From contig NC_068988.1 in assembly GCF_001194135.2 (NCBI RefSeq), positions 91,328,725-91,392,724 on the forward strand: a DNA stretch of 64,000 nucleotides. The letters are read 5' to 3'. Shown piece after piece: positions 23,568 to 37,450 of the stretch. The notes beneath the pieces are model-generated. The model saw only the letters and a program-made list of their open reading frames with translations, was not told the origin of the DNA and made no database searches. The first letter of the stretch is position 1. Each line of letters begins with the position of its first letter. A program made the position numbers and the translations under genes. Origin of the DNA: Octopus bimaculoides (Eukaryota).

Positions 23568-25019
23568 ATTGTGAAAGAATATATGAATATATCTATATCT
23601 ATATAGATTTGAGGGCCGAAACAGAGAAATCTGCTGTAGATTAAGGGATTTAACGTAAAATAATCACAGGCACAACCGCAAAATGATGGACCGCGCAGGC
23701 GCACAGAAGCAATCGGCAATGACGACTGTTAATCACTCAAACCCTTATTGCTACTAGCCACAGTGTTTCTCTGGGGTTTTGATTAATATTTCTTTCCAGC
23801 GACAACAGCAACAACAATATGCAACTGTATTATCTGTGTTTTCTTTTCAACAACCTCGTCTTCAGCATAACCCACACGACTCTATTGCACGTTTTTTTTT
23901 CGACATCCGGGCAAGTGTCATGGCACCAGTGACCATCATCGAAACAGTTTGTTGTTCTTTAAACTTTTAATTTAGTCTTCATTTGATGTTCTACTGCTAC
24001 TTCTTGAAAACATTGTTCTTGTTACTATCGTTCACTGCTGCTGCTGCTGCTGCTGCTATTGATACCGTTGTTGTTGTTGTTGTCGTCCTCGTCCTCGTCA
24101 TCTACAATTACTGTTACTACTATTGTTAGCAACTTTTGTTCTGTTTTCTGTTGCTTTTGTTATTGTTGATAGGGGCTATTTTTTCAAATTTTAATCATCA
24201 TCACCATTACCATTGTTGTTGTTGTTGTTGTTCCTCTTCATCATCATCATTATTATTATTATTATTATGGAGCACGTGTACAAAAATATAATAGAAAAAG
24301 AAAGCTACTTGCTTACATATGTGTTTATTCATACAAACATACATATAAAATGCAAAAGTACAAATATGCAAATAAAACACGTATACACACACACACACCA
24401 CACACACACACCACACACACACACACAAACGCGCGCGCGCATGCACACACGCATGCACACATGCGCACACAGAGACACCAGAGTGCACAAATATACACAC
24501 ACGCTTATAAGCATATAACACTTCTTCATAATAAACACATATACACACCCACATGGTTTGATATATGTGTGCGTTTCTGTTTTGAAAAGACCGCCTCGGA
24601 TGGGAGTGCTATATAGGTGCGGGTCCTCCACCCCGGGTAGGTAGAGAGATATTATGCTGGTAAAGATATACTTTCTCACTGTGTCGGTGTGTCGCAAACA
24701 ACGCTACGTACAACTGTCAGCTGATCGACCACACGTCTCCAAGGAATGCGGGCTGCCTCGATTGCTTCTGATGTTCGTATTTACTCTCTCTTCTTCTCTT
24801 TCTCTATCGCTCTCTCTCTCTCTCTCTCACACACACACTCTTTCGCACCCTCTATTTCTTCTTTCCCACTGTATCATTCCCACTTCTTTCCCACTCTCTC
24901 TTTCTTCCTCTTTCACTCTTCCATCTTCCCTCTCTCTCTCTTCCTCTCTCTCTCTCATTGGCGCTTTTCTTCCGTTTCATAATCGTTTATCTCTGCTCCA
25001 TCTCGTCTTCTCTTTTCTT

Positions 25020-25129
25020 TGTCTATCCATCTATCTATCTATCTATCTACCTGTCTATCTGTCTGTCTGTCTGTCTATCTATCTGTCTATCTATCTATCT
25101 ATCTATCTACCTGTCTATCTGTCTGTCGG

Positions 25130-25176
<47 letters not shown>

Positions 25177-25245
25177 GTCTGTCGGTCTATCTATCTATCC
25201 ATCTATCTATCTATCCATCTATCTATCTATCTAACTATCTATCTA
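25020..25245. repeat. (TCTA)n/(TCTG)n tetranucleotide array
   Basis: Read directly from the sequence. Confidence 0.95.
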
Positions 25246-25655
25246 ACAGTTTGGCTGTCTGTCTGTTTATACTCACACATTATCTCCTCTGTTGTACTCT
25301 GTCGTACTCTGTTATACCTTTCATCTCACAACGTTATCTCCCTAATCTTCTCCCTTCACTCCCCATCCCCACACCCTCTCCCCTATCCGTACCCACATCA
25401 GAACCCCACCTTCCGTCTTCCTCACTACCCTTTCGTATTTTTCTCTTTCACTTTTCCGGTTTTCTTTCTTTTCTCTTCAATTTATTTCTTAATATTCTTG
25501 CTTTTGAACACAAAAGATGTACAATACATAACACACACAAATACAACACAATATGTATAGAATAGATAGCTAACACATCATATGCAACATAAATCATACA
25601 CAGTACATAATAGACACATTTAAACACAGGAATAACACAGAATTAAGTACACACA

Positions 25656-25689
<34 letters not shown>

Positions 25690-25690
25690 C

Positions 25691-25731
<41 letters not shown>

Positions 25732-25955
25732 GACTGAAAGAGATAGATAGATAGATAGATATATAGATAGATAGATAGATATGTAGATGAATACACATAT
25801 TTATATAGATGTAGATGAATAGGTATATATTTATAGAGATAAATAGATATAGATAATGCAAATATATGTGTATGTATGTATGTGTATATACAGAGAGAGA
25901 GAGAGAGAGAGAGAGAACGCACGGCATAGAACGACAAAATCAAATCATTCACATG

Positions 25956-25987
<32 letters not shown>

Positions 25988-26098
25988 TAGATAGATAGAT
26001 CACATGAAAGTACAAAAAACAATCACAGCTAAACACATACACACTCTGGTACACCGATATATGGGTATAAATATACACGCAGCACACAAAAGTGGCAT

Positions 26099-26150
<52 letters not shown>

Positions 26151-26427
26151 GCACACACACGCACAAATACAAATGATCAACAGACGATCGCTCGACCTGC
26201 TAAAAATAGTAGCCATAGTTCTTTCAACTCGCACCCTAGCATTTTAAAAAGGAAGGATACATTGGATAAGGTCGTCTCAAATAAGTTATATACGTAAAAA
26301 TAAAAGAATCGATTATCACGGCTGGAATTCCTTTAATCATTGATCTATTTGATGGGGGCTTATTGGTGGTTAAACAGTAATATTAAAATTGCTATCCCAC
26401 ACCGTCTCCCGTCTATATATATATATA

Positions 26428-27196
26428 CAGGGTGGATGAAAAGTAAGTAAGCATTAAAAATTGATAATAAAGTCCATATTCCGTTTGCAAATTTATTGAA
26501 ACAAATGATACATGCTCTTTATTAGATGAGAAAATGAAAGTAAATCTTCATATTCCAACGTAAGCACCGGTGGCGTCAACCAGTTTCCTCAAACGGCCAG
26601 GGATGAAATGAACAACATTCTGAAGGACGTTGTCTGGGATATCATTGAGAACCTTCTGAATTCGTATCTCCAGGTCCTACAGTGTGCGAGGTTTTGTCTT
26701 GTACACCTCCTCTTTTGTGTTACCCCACAGGTAAAAATCACATAGAGTGAGATCTGGACTTCTCGACTTCTACGGTCACAGTTTTCAGATTTTAGCTCTT
26801 GCACGTAATGGGGTTTCCACGGACGAAAATTCAATTCCTTATGCAATATCGCACGTATTGTGTGTCTTGTTAGTCTGCTTTCACGAGCTGCTTCACGTGT
26901 TGATTTTTGCGGGATGCAATTAAGCATTTCCTACACTGTTGCCACGTTCTCCGCTGATCGGGATGGGGTTGGATGGCCACTTCTTCTTACATCGTTCACA
27001 CAGCCAGTGGTCATCAGCTTTGCATGATACTTTTTATTGTCTCCTGGCGTAGTGTTGCATGCTTACCTTTCCATGCACGCCACTATCTCTGAACCAAAAC
27101 AATGAAATTCCACACAAAATGTTTTCGTCATGACTTCAGTGATACTAGAATTTTTATAAGTAATTTCTAATGCTTAGTTACTTTCCACCTACCCTG
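26428..27196 (-). mobile_element. Internally deleted Tc1/mariner DNA transposon
   Basis: TIRs CAGGGTGGATGAAAAGTAAGTAAGCATT and AATGCTTAGTTACTTTCCACCTACCCTG with TA flanks. Minus-strand peptides PQKSTREAARES...ILHKELNFRPWKPHYVQEL (DNA-binding region) are joined directly to RSPDLTLCDFYLWG; most of the catalytic domain is missing. Confidence 0.9.
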
Positions 27197-29279
27197 TATG
27201 TATATATATATATATATATATNNNNNNNNNNNNNNNNNNNNNNNNNNNNNNNNNNNNNNNNNNNNNNNNNNNNNNNNNNNNNNNNNNNNNNNNNNNNNNN
27301 NNNNNNNNNNNNNNNNNNNNNNNNNNNNNNNNNNNNNNNNNNNNNNNNNNNNNNNNNNNNNNNNNNNNNNNNNNNNNNNNNNNNNNNNNNNNNNNNNNNN
27401 NNNNNNNNNNNNNNNNNNNNNNNNNNNNNNNNNNNNNNNNNNNNNNNNNNNNNNNNNNNNNNNNNNNNNNNNNNNNNNNNNNNNNNNNNNNNNNNNNNNN
27501 NNNNNNNNNNNNNNNNNNNNNNNNNNNNNNNNNNNNNNNNNNNNNNNNNNNNNNNNNNNNNNNNNNNNNNNNNNNNNNNNNNNNNNNNNNNNNNNNNNNN
27601 NNNNNNNNNNNNNNNNNNNNNNNNNNNNNNNNNNNNNATATATATATATATATATAAAATCATCTAACGTTCAAAGAGGTGAGCAGGATGACTTTAATGA
27701 ATCGAGGATATGCTCATATCAAGGAAAGACAAACATTGTTGAACAATAACAATGTTGGGGAGAATACGTACTTAATATCGCAAATACCTCCAAAAAGCTG
27801 TTAACCAATAAAAAATACATCAGTAACGAAATAATGAAAAGAAAAATAATAACGTTAATAATAATTTCTGTCAAGAACGAAAAGGTAGGCAACTCCGATA
27901 TCTAGATTACATAAAGTTCGGCTGAAGTTGGGAGTGAGCTTAATCTTTGGTAACTATGGTAATAAAACCAGACATATTTCTACCTAATTAGACTTACTCA
28001 GCGAAGCATAATCATGTGTATAAGTACAAGAGTCTAGAATAACTGAAAAACTATATGTAGCTTTTGGATAAAAAGTAAAAGTAACTGATTAGGTAATTAA
28101 AAATAACACTGAAAATTTTTCCTAGGGTTGTTTTCTGCATGAAGAGTATATAGTTAAATAGGGGTTACTAAACTTAATATAGTGGACCACGAACAAATCT
28201 TTTTAGTCATTTAAAATTACACTTCTAATGAAAAGAAAATAACATTAGCGTGGTGCATGTGGTGAGCTGCGTGTATACCAGTTAATTAAATGAATTATTG
28301 AAACGTACGTAAGACTAACCAATGAACTGATTTACATGTCAATGGTGTGTGTATGTGTGTGTGCAGAGTCAGGTAAGGGGGTATAGTTCCGAAATCCAAA
28401 ATTGATTAAACATGAAATGGTGACTTGTAGTAAGGAGTGGTTTGCTGAGTATTTTAAATGCGACTTCAGTAGTAATATTCAGTGTTTGTTTCTTACACAA
28501 TGGTACTGGTCGCATAGAGCGTTTGTTAGCGCTTATTTCACTATTTATCACTTACCTGTTCATATAAAAGATGTCCCTTGGGAAATGTTTCGTTATTGTT
28601 AGACAAATGTGTAACAAGTACAAAAATTGTTAGCCTGCTTCACAATATAAAACGGAACGAAAATAAACGAACATTTTGAAAACATTATCATACTTCATAC
28701 TTAACTCAGCACTCGTTTTAACATCATACCAGCGGGCTCTTGGATGTCTTTAGCAGGATTCAGTCTGTTGTAAACATCTGAGGGCCAGGTCTCCGATCAG
28801 AGAATAACATGAGCACGGCCTTAAAGTATATGCAAATGTTGTAAAACATATTAAAGGATTTAAAAGAAAGGAAACTCATCACAGCTTTTGACAAAATAAT
28901 TGAAAAAGAAATTTAACTAACTAGTAATATTTTAAAACATAATTTACAATAAGTAAAAATAATCCACTGTCAGATATGGAAGTGAAATTCTAAATTAAGA
29001 GTAAAATCAGTTAAAGGAATTTCTTGTATTCCAATTTTTTGCAACACTCGGAAACTTCATTAATTTTAATTAAAACTATATCTGTAAATTTTTTGAAATG
29101 TTCATCAACAATATTTCTTGATTTGGTTGAACAAATGATATTTTTCACATGCTAAATAAAACGTTTAATGACGCGGAATTTGATACAGAATTATTTTTTT
29201 TTAATTTCACTGCATTTTATTCTGTTGGATATAAAAAGGTTATAGCTAGCAATACCCTAAATAATTGTTCAATTATGAG

Positions 29280-29540
29280 ATATTTTGGACCCGTCTTCAG
29301 AAACATTGAAATCAGAGACCAATAGAAAGAGAAGAAAGGTTGCGTGAATTAACTTAGAATCTTAAACTTCGAAAATGGTTTTAATGATTTTCGTGACTGA
29401 AGAAAACAGGACTCTGTTCAAAGATTTTGTTGCTGCAGAAACATTAAAGAAAGCAAAATATTGTAGCTAACAAATTCTGAACAGAATTGCCATATGATTT
29501 GCCGATGCAGAAAAAGGAATTTCGCAGCTAAATAGGTGAT
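29280..29540 (+). mobile_element. Possible relic of a hAT-like transposase C-terminus
   Basis: IFVTEENRTLFKDF...FADAEKGISQLN resembles an FVT...T..FF / NDxAERGV-type motif; stops present and no TIRs found. Confidence 0.3.
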
Positions 29541-29845
29541 GAGATAGCCAGTGTATATAACAACTAAACTCAAATAATGCTTTACAACCGTCATTTGTTT
29601 TGAACTTCTTACAATATTCTTCGCTTTTGATAAGAGAGTTCGTGTAAACGAGAGTTTACGAAGATATTCCAGAAGTCATTCGAAAGTTATTACCGGATAA
29701 GGAATATTTCAAAAGTATAAAAGTATTGATATTCATATTTTTCAGATAATTCATTANNNNNNNNNNNNNNNNNNNNNNNNNNNNNNNNNNNNNNNNNNNN
29801 NNNNNNNNNNNNNNNNNNNNNNNNNNNNNNNNNNNNNNNNNNNNN

Positions 29846-29920
<75 letters not shown>

Positions 29921-30500
29921 ATTTATAAATGTATATGTGTTTGTATGTATGTTTATCTATATATTCATGTATTTATTTATTCATTTATATATTATAATGT
30001 AGAGCCGCTTGTTACATGGGTCTTTACTTAGAGCTTGTAAGAATATCATTTTCTACTCCAAACCGAAACACTTACTGTGTGAACTTCTTGACCAATATCT
30101 GTTCATTTACATACATACATTACATACATACATACATACATACGCATGCACACACACACACGCGCACGCACGCACACACACACACACACTCATACATACA
30201 TACATACATACTTACTTGTGTGTTATTTACATTTACGCTTTATTATTTGCAATTTCAGTATGGCAATGAATTAACATAAGATACCATTGTCAAGTAATCC
30301 GAAATTTATATTCAGTAATGCTTATATCAAATAAACGAACAGACGACGAAAAAGAAAAAAAAGACAATGTTTTAAATTAAGTTATTACTTATAACATGGA
30401 AAATACCATTTCACTTGTTCTGTTTCTATTGTGAAGCTCAACAGAATCCTGAAAAACTAGTGCTCTGAGCTCCTACTGAAGTTGACCTTTGAAAAGTTAC

Positions 30501-30581
30501 CTTAATGGCTTTCCATAGAAATATTTTCATCAGCGCGGCAATTTCAACATAGTTTCTTTGTGCAGCAGACGACAGTTATAG
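30501..30581 (-). pseudogene. Candidate decayed ankyrin-repeat exon
   Basis: Acceptor TTTGTATCGACAG| and donor |GTAACT enclose 81 nt; L*LSSAAQRNYVEIAALM fits the register of TPLHxAAxxGHxEIVxLL, with one in-frame stop. Confidence 0.35.
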
Positions 30582-32249
30582 CTGTCGATACAAATTTAGA
30601 AAGTTTCAGCGCTGCGCTCAAAATCTTTTATTAATTTATATTTTTTTTCTCTATTTTAGGCATACATGTCTATTATTTAAAATAATAACATTCTACAAAT
30701 TTTAGATTAATATTTCACAAACTTTAAATCAGTAGAGGAATTTATTTCTAACGTCAGTTCTTCTGAACCTGAGTCCGAAACGACAGTTCTTTTCATTTCA
30801 AAGTTACTTTAACTTGTCAGTATTCAAAATAACCCTATTCTAATATTTTTGTTTGTTTTATGTTGATCTAAGAATACATTTTGTAGAGTAAATACTATAT
30901 TCTGACATTAAAAAAGAAAGAAATGGAAAGAAAAAATGGTACAGAAAACTTCATTAAAACACTGGAAAAGTTAGACACAAGAGCAAGAAAGTATGTGAAA
31001 TTTAGCTGTCCACCTTTGATTGTGTGCTGAGAACATTAACGCTGTACAGTTGATGAAATTGTAAAGATAAATTGCATTTAATAGCCTCCATTCGGCGTTT
31101 AATAGTTTAATGTTCAATGTTGGATGCAGGATGTTTGTGTTCGGTGTCAGATACAAGTTTATGTTCTGGTGGTCCAATGAGTTGAATAAAGCGTGGAATC
31201 ACAGCCCATTAAACAATGCTAAACGCTTGATTAACTAATAAAACAAGCCTTTCAAATGTTAGTTCGTTGCACCGTATCCGGGCTCTTGGAAGCGAATATC
31301 TTGGCTGGTTTCTTGCTTTCTTTACAACATTATGTACCATGTGGATGTGGGGATTTTCCATTCTTATTCAAGGATTTATTCTTTGTCCTTCACAAAACTA
31401 TTACGATAGACAAAGAAAATAAACCTGAAAGAATTGTTCTGGAAATCAAATTGTAATAAAAACCAGATTGCATAATCTTACTTCCTGATAAAATCAATCT
31501 CTGGAGCAAAAAGTATATATAAAAAAATGAATATAACATATTCCGGTCATTCTTAGTCACAACAGAGATATCAGAGCTCATGCTAAATGAATAACACCAA
31601 AGGTGTTTGTGTCATTTTGATAACTGAAACCCTTAAACAGTTTGCAACTTTCTTTTGTAAGTTAACGGAAAGGAATTAAAAAGAAGTGTTGTGGAAAACT
31701 TGTCTTAGAATTCTCTCTCTCGAAACCTCCTCCCAGTGATGAGGGCAGTCTCAACTGTGACGACAATTGTAATTAACTCCACAAAATAGCGAAAATAATA
31801 AAAGGCAGGGACGACAAGATATTTTCCATTAACAGCAACTGATGCAAAGTGAAGAAAAACCACATTAATTTTGCAACAACCACATCAAGCAAGAAACAGC
31901 AACCACAGTTACAGCCACAAAAGCAACCACACTCATAATCAACCAACAAAACTACCACAATTTCAACTGTAAAAGAAAAACAAAAAAACTTGATAACCAA
32001 CAAAACAGCATGTAAATGGACAACAAAAGTTATTAGAGATGAACCTGCGGTTTTCATCAACTACGGCATTTATAAATCCATAAAAAAAAAAAGGAAGAAA
32101 AATCCTAGAAAAATATTTTGAAAATAACACTCTGAACAACCGTAGAAAAGCTATCACTGAACACTGGTGTCAGACCTCGAAAGAGAGGAAAACACTGTTT
32201 ATTATTTAATTCTATAAAACCTGCTGGACGATAGAATCAATAGAGCAGC

Positions 32250-32940
32250 AAGCTAAATACGTTACAGTATTTAGACGTGTCTTTTTACGTTCTGAGTTCG
32301 AATCATGCTACGGTCATCTTCAGTTTTTAACTCTTCCGGGGTCGATAAAAATGAAGTGCAGTTAAATACTGGGGGTCTTTATAATTAGTTACACATTTTT
32401 CTGAAATGTACCTGAAAATGTTTAATCTAGTGTTGGGAGTGAAATAAAACTAATATGACGACAACCAAAATATCTTGTTATATTTACCTCTTACCTAGAA
32501 ATACGTCGATTTGTTAACTCTAAAACAAAATATTATTTTGTAAAAGATATGTTACGTTCTCTTTCAGATAAGCCAGTTTTTATAAAGTTCTGACGGTGTT
32601 CCTCGGCGAGCTTAAATTGTGTTTGGTGCATGAAATAGCTATATATATTATTGGCTACAAAACTTTATCTTTGCATATTAACTTCTGCATTCCATAATTG
32701 TTTTTGTTTTCCATTGAAGTAGGACACTTATCCTATTTAAATAACATATATCCAAGAGGCATGTGGCTAACTACAGTTGCCGCCATATTACGCATTAGTA
32801 AATTCGTTAGTACGTCACATTGAATATTTTGCGGTATTCGTTCCGGTTCTCTATGATTTGAGATCAAATCCCACTGAGATCAACTTTGCTTTTCATCCTT
32901 TAGAGGTTGATATATAGAATACGAGTCCTGTATTGGCATC
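32250..32940 (+). mobile_element. Two diverged SINE family C copies (about 32250-32390 and 32800-32940)
   Basis: TACGTTCTGAGTTCGAATC...CCGGGGTCGATAAAA and GAGATCAAATCCCACTGAGATCAACTTTGCTTTTCATCC. Confidence 0.7.
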
Positions 32941-34799
32941 AGTTCTCTCTCTTTATGTATTTATCCATCTATCTACCTATCTGTCTATCTATCTATCTAT
33001 CTATCAATCTATCTATCAAGGGTCTATCTATCGAGAAGAAATTGGCTCTGTTCAGACGTGGAGAGGATAGGCTCTGTCAAGTTTAAAATGCCCAAGACAC
33101 GCTATCTGACACGACTCCAACTGAAGGCCCAAAGAAAACTACATCACATTTTTATAGTACAACTGTATATTGCATCTAACTCTTCAGTTCAACAGTGTTG
33201 CCACTACTTATAGGGATAAAGTGTACCATATTGTGGTACCTACTTGAATTTAAGAAGACTGAACAGTTATGTGTTTTGACGAAAGAAACAGTGCAATGAT
33301 GTCACATGGAATTATCTAGCAACTAGGTAGGCTTTTTAGAGTTCTTGACTCTAAATAGTTGACTGCATTGGTCATGGATACAGCACAATAAACTAAACTA
33401 AACTTTGGTGTCTACTTATGATTAAGTGGACCCGGCTATTGAAGGAAAACGGCTTCGCCTTAGACACAATACAAAACACTATGCTACTTTGATTGATAGA
33501 TAGATTGATTGATTGATTGACTGGTTAGTTGATTGAATGGTGGATGGATGGATGGATGGATGGATGGATGGATGGGTGGGTTATTGGATGTTTGTAAGCA
33601 TCCTAATTTTGGGGGGTTTATTTGAGTTCTTTTCTTTTCTTTCCATTGCAGAATTCAAACCGATCACTAAAAAGTGGCAAAATTCTTTTGTTTATATCAA
33701 GACAGCTTTTGGATTGTTGGATATGTGAATTAGCATGTGCATATATATGTACGTGTAGATAAACTCGAACTCATTTAGTGTACATATCACTTTAGTATAC
33801 AAGTGTGTTGGTTTCATTACTCTTGTTTGTGTGTGTGAAGAGGTATTCCATATGTATATATGAATGTGTGCATGTATTCAGCCTAGATATCTCAAATGGA
33901 GAATCCCTGGAATGGTTTACAAATTTTTTTCTGTATTTCTAATTGTTTGTATTTGAAGAATGTAAATCGATTCGCTCTGCTTCATTGGGGAATCCCAGCA
34001 TTTCTATGATTTTATGCAAATCTATTGTTACATAACCCACTGTGTCTATGATAATAGATACTAATAGAAGTCTATCACCTGGATATAAGAGTTGTAGATT
34101 TCTCATTAGTTCTCCATTGATGTTTTATTTCCTTCAGTTTATGTATATGTGTATCTATGTATTAGCAATCTTTGCATCATAGTTAATGCAAATGTATCAC
34201 GAAATATCACACTGACTGCACTAGTCGTCCGAAGTTAATATCTCTTATGGACGTATTGTGTTAGCATCTATTAGCATGTACTCACTGGCAACTGCATACC
34301 AAAACAAAATCCGTCGTCACTGATATAGAAAAACAATGATTGAAAAATCACTGAAGTTGCAATTAGGCGGCCGGTTGGGTAAAAATTCGTCATGTGCATC
34401 AGAAGTAGTATTAGATTAAATTAGCAATCAGTGTATCATACTTAATGAAAATTCATCAAGGAAAGTACTCGTTTGGAGATAATATCTCTTATGGGTGCAC
34501 TGTGTTAAATATGCATTTATGCATGAATGCAAGTGTGTATTTGTGTGTGTGTTTCTGGTTTAATTTTTTTGAAAGAGCTGGTTTCTAGCCTAGAAAAAGG
34601 CTCTTTCACTGGAATATTACATGACGTCAACAGGGTAATTTTGATAGTACGTGTGTATGTATGTATGTATGTATGTATGTATGTATGTATGTGTGCATGT
34701 ATGCGTACACACATGGGTGCAGGCATAGATATAATTGCATGTGCGTATCGTGTTATATGCTAAATCCCTTGAATTGCTTTATATACTTGAACAATGGCT

Positions 34800-37450
34800 G
34801 TGATAATTTGTAACTGTAACCTTCTGATTGAACGTGTCTTTATTGGCTTGTGAAACCCAGCTTCTCACGATTAGTTTTGAGACAGTAAGTCACGTAATCA
34901 AATGCTGTAATAATTATAGGTAGAAACCTAAAGGCTTCGTCTCAAAAGAGTGCATTTCTCTTCAGTTTGGCGAAGATATTTTTCTTTTGCACTAATCCTA
35001 AACATTATATTAACATCTGCCGGGTAACTAACTGACTTCAAATTCTGTGCATAGTTACTTTTCTCCATCCCAGATCTTTACATCTAGTTTCTTGCACTGA
35101 AACCTTGACAAAAACATTCCACCAGAATTCGTTCATATTAAGCATGATAAATACCACCACACTACTGTAGCTTATTATATCTGTATCCTCAGGATTATCC
35201 TTTCTACGGATGTCGTTATATAATGTTCTAGCAAAGACATCATGTTTCATAAATATGTAATGTCTTGATGACATTTTCGGCCAACCACTTGATGTAGGTA
35301 ACCTTCTTAGTGTTATTCAACTGAGTCTGTGCCGGTTATCGCTTCTAGGGAGTTTACCAGCGTCCTTATCTGTTTTGTTCATCAGGCATTGTTACAGCTT
35401 CCTGTTCTTGTATTGTAAACGCTTATCGTTCAAAGTGAGAGCTAATATTCCAGTTTTATTCCAGAATATATTACTCTAGTTATGTATGTTGCTAGCATTT
35501 CAAAGCTTTTTGGAAATATTGAAAAGCATGACCGTTTGCTAATATGTACACCTACTTTCTTCTGGTGACCTGTTACGGTAGAGTTTTATTCGTTAAACAC
35601 ACAGTCATGCAACCCTTTTTCACCGTTTAATGCTTATCAGAAAGAAAATGATACGAAACGAGCATTTCATTCATAGCTTCCGAGAGAATCTTGGGAAAAT
35701 TGATTCTTCACTCATTTAATTTTTCAACAGAGATATGTAAACAAATAAGTATTTAATATCAGATTTCATTTGACTTTGAGTCTTAACTCATAAAATGCTG
35801 GCTGATGCCATAACATAGCTGCAAGCTGGTATCGCGCAATGGTATAAGCTTTTAACCAACTCTTCCAGAGCAGGAAACCTTGGGGCCCAACCAGAATCCG
35901 AAATAGTATCTTGTTTTTAAAATATATAGTAGTACTATAATGCTGGTGACAAATATTTTTTACTACATCTTGCTTAATAAAATATTATTTATGTTTATTT
36001 TCATTATTGTCCCTGTGTGACGTTTTTTTTTTTTTAGATATATTGTAAGATACATTGTACTCTAGACTATGTTATCAAATCCCTAGTAGGTTGACAGTGT
36101 CACTATTTGGGTAGTTCCAGCTAGATTACTTCGTTGAGGCAGTGCATTTACCAAACGTAGGTCATTGTCTTGCATAGATACACCTCTAGTTTGCTTCGTG
36201 ATGTTACTTGCTTGTTGAAACTCATCCGTTCTTTTCTCTGCTTCATATCTTGTACTAGTCGCGTTACATTTTTATATATTACCTTTAGTAAATATATTAC
36301 CTTTAGTAAATATATTACCTTCAGTCCAAAAACCATGAAGTCACTTCAGCACTGTATCAGTCATTTGTACAAGAAGTTTGTAAATTAAGGTGCTATTGCG
36401 AGAAAACATCTGATGCAATAGCTGTCTCCATGAATTCTCGTGTTGCAATTTCAAAGCAAAGAATTAACTAAAAATTGATGCTATGTAACACTTGTTGGAA
36501 TTCCAGCTAAATTTTCCAGCAAGTGAAGGATCCAATTTCATCTTCACTTGCAGTGTCTCATGGACTACTTTCATACATCTTGACTAGAAACTATTCCAGA
36601 GCCGAAAATATATTCTTTATGTTTTCCATAGGGACTTTTCTGCAAGGTTGTCTCTTGTCAGAGAGCTTTTTCGGTTCTTCATCATACGATCCAGTGTAGA
36701 ATGAACAGTTGAGCTCTGATGGATGAAGCTTACCGCTTGAAATGAAACTTTATAACATTTCTACTTCATTGAAGAATGTGACAAAATAACAACTTGATTT
36801 TATGCAATACGCACAAAGTTCAAGCAGTGAACATATAAAGCTGTTTCTCAATGCGAAGAAGAATCCTCAAGTGAAGATCCTTGTACGATCAAACAATGTT
36901 GACAGATCTATCATAGCCCTAACCCCTCGTATTTTCTCTCTGTAAGCCACTTCTTTCAAAAGAAAAGGAGATGAGGACAAGGTTATCTCTTCCAGCTTTT
37001 CAGCTGCTGTAGACTTTATATCACACTTCAATGAAACTTTCACATACATACCGTATGCAAAGACAAGCCTGCCCAATGAAGGGAGACATCTGTACCTTCA
37101 TGCAGAAGAAATGCTACGTTGATTTTATTTGTTATCGATTTTCTCATATAAGTAGCCAAAGACTTGGTTATATCCTTCTGAGTACAATCTGAGAGTATTG
37201 ACATCTGCGATTTCTTTTAATATGCGATGCACTTGATGGTTCTCAGCAATACGGTTATATTTGGCAAAGAGGTGGACCAAATCAAAGAAGTTCCCAATGT
37301 TTAATCTCCTTTGATATTCCTGTAATTGTGAAGAAAATAAGAAAAAAGAAATAGCAAAATAGCAAAAATAATGAAGTATGTCCTCTTGCAAACTTACAAA
37401 AACATCAGTCACAAATATAACCATTTGTAACGATGTTTTTCTGAATTTCC
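34800..37450 (-). mobile_element. Old, heavily decayed RLE-type LINE
   Basis: Minus-strand remnants in the expected order: GIHGDSY (about GIFQGDS), FMKHDVFARTLY (about YxxRHDxV), EFWWNVFVK. Similar to 14490-15925; includes an 18-bp tandem repeat at about 36270-36325. Confidence 0.55.

Noticed and set aside
23590-23760. Second Helitron (TCTATAT start, CTAG near the end)
   Set aside because: No subterminal hairpin, and the CTAG is not followed by T.
33050-33480. Very old RLE-LINE RT fragment
   Set aside because: The resemblance (LLIGI...YLLE) is too weak to support without a profile search.
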